From a virus (taxonomy: Duplodnaviria; Caudoviricetes), in IMG/VR virus record IMGVR_UViG_3300020042_006880, positions 1 to 43,333 of that record: 43,333 bases of DNA. The stretch is one strand, 5' to 3'. The notes under the pieces are model-generated. The model was not told the DNA's origin. It ran no database searches and saw nothing but the letters and a program-made list of their open reading frames with translations. The translations under genes were made by a program, and so were the position numbers. Positions 16,422 to 26,100 of the stretch are shown in pieces. Within the stretch, counting starts at the first letter, position 1. Each line of letters begins with the position of its first letter.

Positions 16422-16881
16422 TTTGCTACTCCCTGAGCATTTGGCTCAGAAACTTGCAACCCCGTCAGAAGAATCAACGGTCTTGCAAAATGCCTACGTC
16501 AAGCCTGAAGAAGTAGTGCTTGATCCTTCCAAAATTGAAGCAAGTGTTTTGGAGCGGATGCCCAAGCCTACGGGATGGCGTGTTTTGATTTTGCCTTATA
16601 AGGGCACTGGAAAAACCAAAGGCGGTGTTCACCTAGCTGATGAAACAATTGAACGCAACTCTGTTGCGACAGTTGTCGGCTACGTGCTTGCCATTGGTCC
16701 GGATGCTTATAATGATAAGGCAAAGTTTCCAGCTGGACCTTGGTGTAAAAAAGGTGACTGGGTAATGATAGGCCGATACGCGGGTGCCCGTTTTAGAATT
16801 GAAGGCGGGGAAGTGCGTATTATCAACGATGATGAAGTCATCGCAACAATCATTGATCCATCAGACGTATTAAACGTTTGA
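16414..16881 (+). CDS. groES: GroES-like co-chaperonin
   Basis: 'PTGWRVLI', 'KTKGGV.L', 'VLAIGP', 'GDWV..GRYAG', 'IINDDEVIA'. Confidence 0.9.
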   Translation: MSSLLLPEHLAQKLATPSEESTVLQNAYVKPEEVVLDPSKIEASVLERMPKPTGWRVLILPYKGTGKTKGGVHLADETIERNSVATVVGYVLAIGPDAYNDKAKFPAGPWCKKGDWVMIGRYAGARFRIEGGEVRIINDDEVIATIIDPSDVLNV

Positions 16882-16904
16882 GGTCAGTGCAATAGGAGCT
16901 CAGC

Positions 16905-17783
16905 ATGGCTGAAGAGAAAAACATCGATATCGGTGGCGACGAACAAGAAATTGAAGTAGTCGTTCCTGAAGAAGAGTCTAGTAAGGGAAAACCTGCACCT
17001 AAAGAAACTGCTGTGGCAGCCGAAGGTTCAGATGAGGAACTCGCCGAGTATAGTGATGGCGTTAAAAAGCGTATTGATCGCCTTACTTTTAAGATGCGCG
17101 AATCTGAGCGGCGCGAACAGGCTGCGTTAGAACTTGCTAGAAGTTTTAAGGCTCAGGTTGACATGGCACAGCAACGTGCGCAAGTTCTTGATACAAGTCT
17201 TGTGAATGAGTATAACAGCAGGATCACTACTCAAGAGCAGATGGTCAATGATAAACTCAGACGTGCTATAGATCGTGGCGATATTGACGAGCAAATCTTA
17301 GCACAGCGGGCTATGGCTGAACTTGCTGTAGAAAAAGATAAAATTCGTACAGCAACGCGTTCTCGTGAGTCAGAAAACACATACGTAGCGCAACAGCCTA
17401 CGTATCAGGCTCCTCCTCAGAGGGCTACTCCCGACCCGAAAGCTGAAAACTGGGCAGAAAAAAATACGTGGTTTGGTGCAGACGAGCCAATGACTTTAAC
17501 TGCATTTAGTCACCATAAAGCCTTGGTTGAAAAGGAAGGGTTTGATCCTTCCGGTGACGATTATTATGAGGAACTGGATAAGCGTATGCGACGTGATTTT
17601 CCTCATAAGTTTCAAGGCAGGAACCCTCAGCAAACTGTTGCTTCTCCCCGTGGTAGTGTCCGTAGTGAAAACTCTAAAACGATTAAATTGACTTCTAGTC
17701 AGGTGGCTATTGCCAAACGTCTGGGAATCAGTATACAAGAGTACGCACGGCACGTTAAAATTCTTGGTGGTCAAAATGGTTGA
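16905..17783 (+). CDS. capsid scaffolding protein (putative)
   Basis: acidic N-terminus, coiled coil, C-terminal 'LTSSQVAIAKRLGIS..EYA'; position before capsid. Confidence 0.75.
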   Translation: MAEEKNIDIGGDEQEIEVVVPEEESSKGKPAPKETAVAAEGSDEELAEYSDGVKKRIDRLTFKMRESERREQAALELARSFKAQVDMAQQRAQVLDTSLVNEYNSRITTQEQMVNDKLRRAIDRGDIDEQILAQRAMAELAVEKDKIRTATRSRESENTYVAQQPTYQAPPQRATPDPKAENWAEKNTWFGADEPMTLTAFSHHKALVEKEGFDPSGDDYYEELDKRMRRDFPHKFQGRNPQQTVASPRGSVRSENSKTIKLTSSQVAIAKRLGISIQEYARHVKILGGQNG

Positions 17784-18234
17784 TAAAACCCCGCGTTCTT
17801 CAGAATCCCGTGCTGCCGCTTCCCGTGTGCAAACATGGAAGCCTCCATCCTCTTTGGATGCTCCTCCCGCTCCGGAGGGATATGTTCACCGCTGGCTTCG
17901 AGTAGAATCTGGTGGTCTTGATGATCGGAAAAATCTTTCCGCACGCCTTCGCGAGGGTTTCGAGCTTGTTCGCGCCGAGGAATATCCTGATTTTGAATCT
18001 CCAACCGTGCAAGACGGCAAACATGCCGGAGTTATCGGTGTAGGGGGTTTGGTTCTTGCTCGTATTCCTAAAGATTTGGTGGACCAACGTAACGCTTATT
18101 ATCGTAAGCAAACTAGCGATCAAATCGCTGCTGTAGATAATGATCTGTTACGTGAGCAACACCCTTCAATGCCGATCATCAAACCTGAACGGCAATCTCG
18201 AGTCACCTTCGGCGGCAATCGTGCAGCCGAATAA
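17776..18234 (+). CDS. conserved head-module protein
   Basis: 'WKPPSSLDAPPAPEGYVHRW', 'GGLVLARIP'. Confidence 0.8.
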   Translation: MVDKTPRSSESRAAASRVQTWKPPSSLDAPPAPEGYVHRWLRVESGGLDDRKNLSARLREGFELVRAEEYPDFESPTVQDGKHAGVIGVGGLVLARIPKDLVDQRNAYYRKQTSDQIAAVDNDLLREQHPSMPIIKPERQSRVTFGGNRAAE

Positions 18235-18250
18235 TCAAAGGATCTAAGCA

Positions 18251-18868
18251 ATGGCAAATATCGATGCCGCATTCGGGCTTCGCCCGTATCGTATGCTTGG
18301 AAGCGGTGCAAACACCAACGGCGATGTTGTTTACAACATTCAGACGGCGGCAACTGCTGGAACGTCCTCGGTAATTTATCAGGGTACACCTGTGATTCCA
18401 TTGGCGAACGGTATGATTGACATCGTCGGCTCGGCAGCGGGTGGTACGGTACCTCTTCTCGGTGCTCTTCTTGGCTGTAACTATATCGACCTGACAGGTA
18501 AACCTAAGTGGTCACCTTTCTGGCCGGGAACAGCCGCCGTAATGGCAAACTCGGTTGCTACGGCAACTGTTTCTGCGCATCCTGATCAGACATTCTTGAT
18601 CAACTGCAATGCAGCCGCAGCAGACAGTCTTGTGCATATCAATGCTAACTTTGCAACGGCAACCTCTGGTTCCACAACCTCTGGTTTGTCATCCGCTGAG
18701 TTGGCAGTTTCAACGGCAGACACAACCAACACCCTTAACCTCCGTATCCTCGGTTTTGAAGATTCTCCTTCAAACTCGGATGCCTCGGTTGCTGGGCGTT
18801 TGGCGATTGTTTTGCTTAACAACCACTTCTACCGTTACAATGCCAATGGCACTGGCGCGGGTATTTAA
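18251..18868 (+). CDS. minor capsid/decoration protein (putative)
   Basis: 'MANIDAAFGLRP'; directly upstream of the major capsid gene. Confidence 0.7.
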   Translation: MANIDAAFGLRPYRMLGSGANTNGDVVYNIQTAATAGTSSVIYQGTPVIPLANGMIDIVGSAAGGTVPLLGALLGCNYIDLTGKPKWSPFWPGTAAVMANSVATATVSAHPDQTFLINCNAAAADSLVHINANFATATSGSTTSGLSSAELAVSTADTTNTLNLRILGFEDSPSNSDASVAGRLAIVLLNNHFYRYNANGTGAGI

Positions 18869-18881
18869 GGAGTAATGAACC

Positions 18882-19790
18882 ATGGCTATTACTCGTTCAC
18901 AACTCCTGAAGGAACTGGAGCCGGGACTTAATGCCTTGTTTGGCATGGAGTATGATCGTTACGATAATGAGCATACTGAAATCTTCGACACGGAAAATTC
19001 TGACCGTGCCTTCGAAGAAGAAGTCATGCTCTCTGGTTTCGGTCAGGCTCCTGTAAAGGGCGAAGGCGCAGCAATCGTATACGATACGGCTGGTGAGGCT
19101 TTCACTGCTCGGTACACACACGAAACCATTGCACTCGCATTTGCTATCACGGAAGAAGCTGTAGAGGACAACCTCTACGACAAGCTGAGCTCCCGTTATA
19201 CTCGTGCGCTTGCTCGCAGCATGTCCAACACCAAACAGGTTAAGGCTGCATCTGTACTCAACAACGCATTTTCTTCGTCCTATAAGGGCGGCGATAACGT
19301 TTCGTTGGTGAACAGTGCGCATCCCACCACTGGTGGTGGTAACTGGTCGAATACGCTTGCAACTCAGGCAGACCTTAACGAGACTTCTCTCGAACAGGCT
19401 CTGATTGACATTGCAGCGTTTATTGATGAACGTGGTCTGAAGATTGCCCTCCGTGGCATGAAGCTGATCATTCCATCTGCGCTCCAGTTTACGGCCGAGC
19501 GTATTTTGAAGTCGGAACAGCGCGTTGGTACTGCTGATAACGACATCAATGCGATCAAGACCGGTGGTTACATGCCACAGGGCTTTACGGTCAACCACTT
19601 CCTGACGGATCCTGATGGTTGGTTCATCAAGACTGACGCACCAAACGGCCTGAAGCACTTTGTGCGTAGCCCAATCAAAACCGCCATGGAAGGCGATTTT
19701 GAAACAGGCAACGTGCGCTATAAGGCTCGTGAGCGTTATTCGTTCGGTTGGTCTGACCCCCGTGCGATCTACGGTTCGCAGGGCGCGTAA
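18882..19790 (+). CDS. major capsid protein
   Basis: 'MAITRSQLLKELEPGLNALFG', 'RYKARERYSFGWSDPR'; strong codon bias; terminator follows. Confidence 0.92.
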   Translation: MAITRSQLLKELEPGLNALFGMEYDRYDNEHTEIFDTENSDRAFEEEVMLSGFGQAPVKGEGAAIVYDTAGEAFTARYTHETIALAFAITEEAVEDNLYDKLSSRYTRALARSMSNTKQVKAASVLNNAFSSSYKGGDNVSLVNSAHPTTGGGNWSNTLATQADLNETSLEQALIDIAAFIDERGLKIALRGMKLIIPSALQFTAERILKSEQRVGTADNDINAIKTGGYMPQGFTVNHFLTDPDGWFIKTDAPNGLKHFVRSPIKTAMEGDFETGNVRYKARERYSFGWSDPRAIYGSQGA

Positions 19791-19813
19791 GGTTTTTGTA
19801 AAAAGCCTAATGG

Positions 19814-19844
19814 AAAGAGGTGGCCTTGCGCCGCCTCTTTTTTT
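19814..19844 (+). terminator. intrinsic terminator
   Basis: AAAGAGGTGG/CCGCCTCTTT stem plus T-run. Confidence 0.88.
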
Positions 19845-19906
19845 ATGTAATAAATAGTTATCCCTGACTGCCACTGTGGCAGACAACCCAACGACAGGAG
19901 ATCCTC

Positions 19907-20383
19907 ATGGGTACGACTACATTTTCGGGTCCAGTACGGGCTGGCCCAATCAAATCAACAACTGGCACAACCCTTGGCACAGATGTCAATAACGTTGGTG
20001 AAGTTGTTCTTTCGCAGTACGAAGCAATCACACAGGCTACCAACGGTTCTTCGGCTGGCGTTTATACGACCAATATCGTAATCCCAGCGGGCAGCACTAT
20101 CACAAGCATCCAGCTTTACGTTGGTGTTGTTTGGACGGGCGCAGCCTCTACCCTTGGTATTGGCACGACGGCCTCGGCAACAGCACTTACGGCGGCTGCG
20201 GCAGTTGCAGGTGGTACGCTCGGCATCATCGACGCAACCGCAGGTGCAGACGCAACCCGCGTTGGAACATGGTACAATGTCGGCACGACCGATATTCAAA
20301 TCATGGTTACATCGACAAACACGGGGTCCGGAACTGGTCGGTTGGTTGTAAGCTACATCCAGCACGGCACCTACGTTCCGTAA
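19907..20383 (+). CDS. virion structural protein (head fibre/cement-like)
   Basis: AGGAG RBS; 'MGTTTFSGPVR'; Thr/Gly-rich beta content. Confidence 0.75.
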   Translation: MGTTTFSGPVRAGPIKSTTGTTLGTDVNNVGEVVLSQYEAITQATNGSSAGVYTTNIVIPAGSTITSIQLYVGVVWTGAASTLGIGTTASATALTAAAAVAGGTLGIIDATAGADATRVGTWYNVGTTDIQIMVTSTNTGSGTGRLVVSYIQHGTYVP

Positions 20384-20391
20384 TGTGATTT

Positions 20392-20418
20392 GAGGGGTGT
20401 CAATATCTGGCACCCCTT
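20392..20418 (+). terminator. hairpin, possible weak terminator
   Basis: GAGGGGTGTCA/TGGCACCCCTT. Confidence 0.55.
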
Positions 20419-20442
20419 CCACTTATCTAAAGGATAGATCAC

Positions 20443-20844
20443 ATGGCTGATGCAGTAACTTCACAGGTAGTTTTTGATGGTACAAGAACAGCCGTCATGA
20501 AATTTACCAATATTTCCGATGGAACTGGAGAGACTGCCGTACTCAAGGTAGATGTTTCTGCTTTGTCTGGTTTCCAAGGGCAATCTTGCACCGGAGTTAA
20601 CATTGTTACACTGGATGCCATGACGGTTGGCATGGGTGTTGACATCCTCTGGGACGCAACAACTGACGTTATTTGTTACACTATTGGTGCGGACCAATTT
20701 GTCTCGTTCGAATTCTCAAGGTTTGGCGGGATAACCAATAATGCGGGTAGTGGTAAGACAGGAGACGTTATGTTTACCACTGTTGGAGCCACTGCCGGAG
20801 ACAGATATACGATTGTTCTTGAGATGACAAAGAACTTCGGGTGA
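20443..20844 (+). CDS. virion structural protein
   Basis: AAGGA RBS; 'MADAVTSQ...KFTNISDGTGE'. Confidence 0.8.
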   Translation: MADAVTSQVVFDGTRTAVMKFTNISDGTGETAVLKVDVSALSGFQGQSCTGVNIVTLDAMTVGMGVDILWDATTDVICYTIGADQFVSFEFSRFGGITNNAGSGKTGDVMFTTVGATAGDRYTIVLEMTKNFG

Positions 20845-20855
20845 GGATTTGATCC

Positions 20856-21644
20856 ATGACACGACCCCCGTCATCCATAACAAGAACCGGTTCTTTTGAA
20901 CCGTTTGAACTTCAGGTATCGAGGGGTCAAATCCCGTGGCACCAAAGTTACACTGTTTTTGGGTATAATGCCGACGTTGACACTGATATTGAAACAGTAT
21001 GGCCTCATGGCGGGATCTTGGGCTATCCATCCGCTGCTCTTCAACTTTCTGTAAGTTCCAGTAGTGCAGACGATACGTCCAACGGAACTGGTGCAAGAAC
21101 CGTTTATCTTGAGGGTTTGGATGCAAACCATAATGTAATTTCGGAAACCGTGACGTTGGCCGGACAAACTGCTGTCACAACTACAAATTCATATCTGCAT
21201 ATAAATAACTGCTATGTTGCTACTGCTGGATCTTTGGATTCTGCTGCCGGAACTATTTATTTTGGTACTGGCACTGTGACAGCGGGTGTTCCAGCAACCG
21301 TCTACGATGTCATCCAGTTTAACTATAATTCCCGCATCACGGGAAGTTTTACAGTTCCGGCGGGGTACACCGCCTACCTGTCTCAGGGGTTATTTTCGTC
21401 TGGTCAAGCCTCTGGAACGGGGCCTGTAACAGGTCGTTTAATGACTCGCGGAACAGATGATATCCGTCGCACTGCTGCCGTTACTACTGTTAATAACAGT
21501 GTAGCAGACTACGTTTTTGAGTTTCCTGTTGCTGTCCCGGAAAAGACTACATTAGAAGCACAGGCTACAGGAACTGGAAATAATAACGCTTGTTCAAGTA
21601 TGTTTATCTTTGTTCTAATTAAAAACGATGCGGGGACAGCCTGA
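20856..21644 (+). CDS. virion structural protein
   Basis: GAGGA RBS; 'FGYN.DVD', 'GTGARTV...GLD'. Confidence 0.8.
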   Translation: MTRPPSSITRTGSFEPFELQVSRGQIPWHQSYTVFGYNADVDTDIETVWPHGGILGYPSAALQLSVSSSSADDTSNGTGARTVYLEGLDANHNVISETVTLAGQTAVTTTNSYLHINNCYVATAGSLDSAAGTIYFGTGTVTAGVPATVYDVIQFNYNSRITGSFTVPAGYTAYLSQGLFSSGQASGTGPVTGRLMTRGTDDIRRTAAVTTVNNSVADYVFEFPVAVPEKTTLEAQATGTGNNNACSSMFIFVLIKNDAGTA

Positions 21645-21925
21645 TGGCAAAGGGCATGGGAATCAAGACATCTGTTAAGTCTGGTAATTTTCGCCCGACA
21701 AAGCAGGGTGCTGGCATGACGGAAAAAGGTGTTAAAGCCTACCGTCGTACTAATCCTGGATCAAAACTGAGCACTGCCGTTACTGAAGATAACCCTACTG
21801 GTAAACGGGCAAAACGTCGTAAATCTTACTGCGCAAGGTCAGCAGGACAAGCAAAAATGTTCCCTGAGGCAGCTAAAGACCCAAACAGCCGCCTTCGTCA
21901 GGCTCGCAAAAGATGGAAATGCTAA
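21644..21925 (+). CDS. small basic conserved phage protein
   Basis: 'RRKSYCARSAGQ...DPNSRLRQARKRWKC'. Confidence 0.85.
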   Translation: MAKGMGIKTSVKSGNFRPTKQGAGMTEKGVKAYRRTNPGSKLSTAVTEDNPTGKRAKRRKSYCARSAGQAKMFPEAAKDPNSRLRQARKRWKC

Positions 21926-21926
21926 C

Positions 21927-22169
21927 ATGATGGTTGGATTAGAGTTTGTTTGGAACATCCTTTTAACGATAATCATCATACCAACGGCGTGGGTTTTGGT
22001 GTATCTTAATGGCAGGGTAAATGAGTTATACCGCCATACTGCGAATACGCGGGAGGACATAGCCCGAAACTATGTTACCCGAGTAGATCTTCATAACGAT
22101 CTAGACCAACTCATCAAGAGATTTGATCGGATTGAAGAAAAAATAGATCGTTTAGTTGAAAACAGATAG
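21927..22169 (+). CDS. single-TM coiled-coil protein
   Basis: N-terminal hydrophobic helix; 'RFDRIEEKIDRL'. Confidence 0.8.
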   Translation: MMVGLEFVWNILLTIIIIPTAWVLVYLNGRVNELYRHTANTREDIARNYVTRVDLHNDLDQLIKRFDRIEEKIDRLVENR

Positions 22170-22178
22170 GAGACTACC

Positions 22179-22526
22179 ATGCGTATAGCTAATCCAAAGT
22201 TTAATATGCCTCTTGTAAAGAATCCCCCTCGCAACAGTAGCGGCCCTAAGCCTACTCGTCCTCTTGTTAAAAAAGGCGGGGTAATGCCAATGGCAATGGG
22301 CCTGAAAAAGGGTGGCATGGCTACCAAGAAAAAGGCTGGCAAGATCAGCGAATACGGTGGCAAGGAAATGTATTCCTCTAAAAAGGCCATGATGAAGCAC
22401 GAAGGCATGGAATCCATGAAGATGGAAAAGTCCGAGGGCAAAATGAAACAGGGTGGCATGGCTAAAAAAGGCCGTGGCATGGCGATCATGATTGCTATTG
22501 GTAAGCCAAAGGGCCGTGGTAAGTGA
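22179..22526 (+). CDS. Lys/Met-rich basic protein with repeated KxGG
   Basis: AGGAG RBS; composition. Confidence 0.8.
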   Translation: MRIANPKFNMPLVKNPPRNSSGPKPTRPLVKKGGVMPMAMGLKKGGMATKKKAGKISEYGGKEMYSSKKAMMKHEGMESMKMEKSEGKMKQGGMAKKGRGMAIMIAIGKPKGRGK

Positions 22527-22527
22527 T

Positions 22528-22686
22528 ATGAAAAAGCCAATTTGGGATAAGACGCGACCAAAGTCTTTGGGTAAACCAAAGAAGTTGTCTCGTTCAAAAA
22601 AGGCGTCGGCAAAGGCTTCTGCAAAAAAGGCAGGTCGCCCTTATCCCAATTTGATTGACAACATGAAAGCGGCGAGGACAAAATGA
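22528..22686 (+). CDS. small basic protein
   Basis: 'AKKAGRPYPNLIDNM'. Confidence 0.8.
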   Translation: MKKPIWDKTRPKSLGKPKKLSRSKKASAKASAKKAGRPYPNLIDNMKAARTK

Positions 22687-23177
22687 AGTCTCAGGAAAAG
22701 ATAAGCAAAGTGATGCGCGAGTTCAAGGCTGGGACTTTGAATACGGGTAGCAAGAAGGGTCCAATAGTTAAAAACCCTAAACAGGCTATAGCTATCGCTC
22801 TTTCACAGGCAGGTAAGTCAAAGTCGCGTAGGTACGCAGACGGTGGTGAAGTAGCTGCCCCGCCTATCGGCACCGCAGATTTATCTGGGGGTGCTTCGCA
22901 GCAGACTGCTGATAGTGTTGCCGCAGTAAAGCCACAGCAGGAAACATCGTCACCCTATTACTCACCTAATGAGTACGGTAAGTCGGCTACGGGGGCTAAT
23001 CCAGCGATGGGCGGTCTTAACGTGCAAAATCGTATGACGGGTGCCAACACTATGTCACAGGGGTATGCTAAAGGTGGCATGGTTAAGAAAAACTCCATGA
23101 TGATGAAAAAAGGTGGTGGTGTTCTTTGTCGCGGTGGTGGTATGGTAACTCGTTCACGCCCAACCAAGGTGTATTGA
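22683..23177 (+). CDS. basic virion protein
   Basis: 'KISKVMREFKAGTL...NPKQAIAIALSQAG'; YADGG, YAKGG. Confidence 0.82.
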   Translation: MKSQEKISKVMREFKAGTLNTGSKKGPIVKNPKQAIAIALSQAGKSKSRRYADGGEVAAPPIGTADLSGGASQQTADSVAAVKPQQETSSPYYSPNEYGKSATGANPAMGGLNVQNRMTGANTMSQGYAKGGMVKKNSMMMKKGGGVLCRGGGMVTRSRPTKVY

Positions 23178-23178
23178 A

Positions 23179-23712
23179 ATGCGTAGACTTCCTCCTCAGT
23201 TGATGTCACAGCAGCTTGGTCTAAATTTTCCCGTGCGGGGTGGCCCCACGCGTCTTCCTCCTAACATGATGGGTAGTCCTATTCGGGAACTTCCGCGCAC
23301 AGGTTTTCCATTAGGTATGCCTTCGCAACAGCAGTTGCAAGCGATGCAACAGCAAGCGATGCAGCAAGGAATTGCTTCCCTCGGGAACTTTGCTCAACAA
23401 CAACCGCAGTATGCTCAACAAATTCCGCAGGGGCAACCGTTTCAAGCTGGTGGTCGTCAGGTTTCCCTGCAAGAAATGCAGCAAGCGATGCAGCAAGCGA
23501 TGCAGCAGCCACAGCAGTTTTCCCAGCAAGCGATGCAGCAATATGCTGCCCAGATGCCGCAGGGTGCGAACAGCATGGCACAGTCGCAACCGATGCAGCA
23601 GCCTAAACCGTATAATATGCCAATGCAGCAGGGTCAACCGATGCAGCAGGGTCAGCAAAACACCGCGCAGCCGCAACCATTTTTTGGTTACGGTAGTTAC
23701 GGAATGAGGTAA
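23179..23712 (+). CDS. Gln/Met/Pro-rich low-complexity protein
   Basis: fills gap between flanking genes exactly; QQAMQQ repeats. Confidence 0.7.
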   Translation: MRRLPPQLMSQQLGLNFPVRGGPTRLPPNMMGSPIRELPRTGFPLGMPSQQQLQAMQQQAMQQGIASLGNFAQQQPQYAQQIPQGQPFQAGGRQVSLQEMQQAMQQAMQQPQQFSQQAMQQYAAQMPQGANSMAQSQPMQQPKPYNMPMQQGQPMQQGQQNTAQPQPFFGYGSYGMR

Positions 23713-23715
23713 TAC

Positions 23716-24402
23716 ATGACCGTAAGTGGCACAAAAACGTTTGAGTTAGACGTTGCAGAATACATCGAAGAAGCGTTTGAACGGTGCGGGTTAGAAATCC
23801 GCACTGGATACGATCAGCGAACTGCACGTCGTAGCTTGAACTTGCTACTTGCTGAATGGGCAAACCGTGGGTTAAATCAGTGGACTATTGAAACCCAAAG
23901 TATAACGTTGAGTGCGGGTGATGATTCGTATAATCTTAATGAATACGATATCGATATTCTTTCCGCTGTTATACGCTCGTCAACTGGGGTGGGTACTGCT
24001 TCTCAATCTGACATAACTATCGACCGTATTAGCAGGGATTACTATTTGAGTATTCCTAATAAGCTAACACAGGCTCGGCCTACGCAATATGTGGTTAATC
24101 GTAATATTACGCCAACAGTGCAAGTTTGGCCTACTCCTGATCAAACCTATTATTTGGTAGTTGAAAAACTTGTGCGGATAGACGATGTCACTTCTGGTGT
24201 GAACACCTTGCAGATACCGTTTAGGTTTTATCCTTGCCTAGCCGCAGGGTTGGCGTATTATATCGCTATGAAAAAAGCCCCTGACAGAGTAACTTTGCTT
24301 AAAGCTGTTTATGACCAAGAGTTTGAACGTGCTGCATCCGAAGATCGCGATAGGGCTTCGTTACAGCTTGTTTCAAGTCGTAACTATTACAACGTGGTGT
24401 AA
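23716..24402 (+). CDS. head-tail adaptor/tail tubular protein (putative)
   Basis: GAGG RBS; 'IEEAFERCG...ARRSLNLL..EWANRGLN.W', 'VWPTPD'. Confidence 0.75.
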   Translation: MTVSGTKTFELDVAEYIEEAFERCGLEIRTGYDQRTARRSLNLLLAEWANRGLNQWTIETQSITLSAGDDSYNLNEYDIDILSAVIRSSTGVGTASQSDITIDRISRDYYLSIPNKLTQARPTQYVVNRNITPTVQVWPTPDQTYYLVVEKLVRIDDVTSGVNTLQIPFRFYPCLAAGLAYYIAMKKAPDRVTLLKAVYDQEFERAASEDRDRASLQLVSSRNYYNVV

Positions 24403-24405
24403 CCA

Positions 24406-24711
24406 ATGGCAAGATTCGCCGTAGGAAAACAATCACAGGCAATTTGTGACCGCTGTGGTTTTCAATATGATTACCTACAGTTGAAAAAGGAATGGACAGG
24501 GTTCAAAACCTGTATTGAGTGTTGGGAAGAAAAGCACCCGCAGTTGGATCCTATTTATCCACCAACTGAGCCACAAGCACTTTTTGAACCGCGTCCTGAC
24601 GTAAAAGAAGTTATGGATGTACCTGTTGGTCCGTTTATTTTCCCATTCATACAAAATGATTTATTACAGGCTATAACACAAGTTGGTGTTCCTACGGTGG
24701 AGATAACCTGA
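24406..24711 (+). CDS. small Zn-finger virion protein
   Basis: CDRC...CIEC, 'KHPQL', 'PRPD'. Confidence 0.8.
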   Translation: MARFAVGKQSQAICDRCGFQYDYLQLKKEWTGFKTCIECWEEKHPQLDPIYPPTEPQALFEPRPDVKEVMDVPVGPFIFPFIQNDLLQAITQVGVPTVEIT

Positions 24712-25346
24712 TGGGTTGGACGTATACTACTTTAACACAGGCCATTAAGGATTGGACGGAGAACGACGAAACAACGTTCAACGATAATATCACTTACTTT
24801 GTGCAAAATGCAGAAGAACGAATTTTCTACTCCGTAGATTTGGAAACGTTTAGGAAAAATCAATCGGGTACTATGACGGCCTCAAACAAATACCTCGCTG
24901 TGCCTAGTGATTATCTTGCTCCTTTTGCGCTTAGTATTACTGTAAATGGATCTAAATCGTTCCTTTTGAACAAAGATGTAGAGTACTTGCAGGAATATAA
25001 TCCATCCGAGGCTACGGGTGTTCCTAAGTATTACGCTTTGTATGATCAAGATAACTTCTTGATTGCCCCTGTTCCGGCTAGTTCGTATGCTGTTGAACTC
25101 CACTACTTTTACCGCCCTGTAAGCATTACAACGGGCACAACCACTTGGTTGGGCGATTATGCAGAAGATGCGCTCCTTTATGGTAGTTTGGTAGAAGCCT
25201 ATACCTTTATGAAAGGTGAGGCTGATCTACTAAACCTATATAACCAACGTTTTATTGAGGCTTTAACCAGACTTAAGAACTACGGTGAAGGCCGTGAAAA
25301 TGTTGATGCTTATCGTGATGGTCTCATAAGGGTGAAGGCTAACTAA
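24711..25346 (+). CDS. head-tail connector/adaptor (putative)
   Basis: 'AEERI', 'G.PKYYA', 'APVP', 'LLYGSLVEA..FMK'. Confidence 0.75.
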   Translation: MGWTYTTLTQAIKDWTENDETTFNDNITYFVQNAEERIFYSVDLETFRKNQSGTMTASNKYLAVPSDYLAPFALSITVNGSKSFLLNKDVEYLQEYNPSEATGVPKYYALYDQDNFLIAPVPASSYAVELHYFYRPVSITTGTTTWLGDYAEDALLYGSLVEAYTFMKGEADLLNLYNQRFIEALTRLKNYGEGRENVDAYRDGLIRVKAN

Positions 25347-25636
25347 TGTTTACACAGGCAATGCAAACAGGTGCTTTTCAAGTTGATGTAGCGACTTCAA
25401 ATAACGGGGGGCATCCTCCTGAGTTTTGGGCAGAGCAAGCTGCGAAAAAAATTATATCGGTAGCAGACACCGCCCCCGATGTTATCAAAAGCCAAGCTAT
25501 TGCTTTCCAAAATCACGTAGAACAGGTAGTGCTGTATTACATGAAATGTGCTATTGATTGTGATAGATCTACGGTCAGCTATATGGTAACAGAGGCTGGT
25601 CAACCACAACTTGCTGAAATCATAAGGAGGCCGTGA
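25346..25636 (+). CDS. conserved phage protein
   Basis: 'NGGHPPEFWAE'; TAATG coupling. Confidence 0.8.
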   Translation: MFTQAMQTGAFQVDVATSNNGGHPPEFWAEQAAKKIISVADTAPDVIKSQAIAFQNHVEQVVLYYMKCAIDCDRSTVSYMVTEAGQPQLAEIIRRP

Positions 25637-26094
25637 TGGCATTTACTGGTAACTTCATGTGTACATCGTTCAAGCTGCAACTTATGAGCGGCGTACACGC
25701 AATTTCTGCTTCTGCTTCGTCTCCTGTGCGAGCAGCGGACACGTTTAAGATTGCTTTGTACACGTCGTCAGCAACGCTTGATGCTTCCACAACAGTGTAC
25801 TCGTCAACTAATGAAACGACGAATACTGCGGGCACAGCCTACGTAGCAGGGGGCAACACGCTTACTTCAGGCACAACGTCGTCTTCTGGAACGACAGCTT
25901 TTGCCGATTTTGCTGATTCATCTTGGACAACGGCATCATTTACTGCTCGCGGTGCGTTGATTTACAATTCAACACAGGCCGATAAATCGGTTGTTGTTCT
26001 GGATTTTGGTGCGGATAAAACTGCTTCGGCAGGGACATTCACTATCATTTTCCCAACAAATGATGCTTCTAGCGCGATCATACGCATAGCGTAA
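25633..26094 (+). CDS. virion structural (tail-associated) protein
   Basis: AGGAGG RBS; 'FKIALYTSSA', 'ARGALIYN', 'VLDFGADK'. Confidence 0.82.
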   Translation: MMAFTGNFMCTSFKLQLMSGVHAISASASSPVRAADTFKIALYTSSATLDASTTVYSSTNETTNTAGTAYVAGGNTLTSGTTSSSGTTAFADFADSSWTTASFTARGALIYNSTQADKSVVVLDFGADKTASAGTFTIIFPTNDASSAIIRIA

Positions 26095-26100
26095 TGAGCA

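Noticed and set aside
18897-19886. 329-aa ORF antisense to the major capsid gene
   Set aside because: Shadow ORF from strong codon bias; no recognisable motifs.
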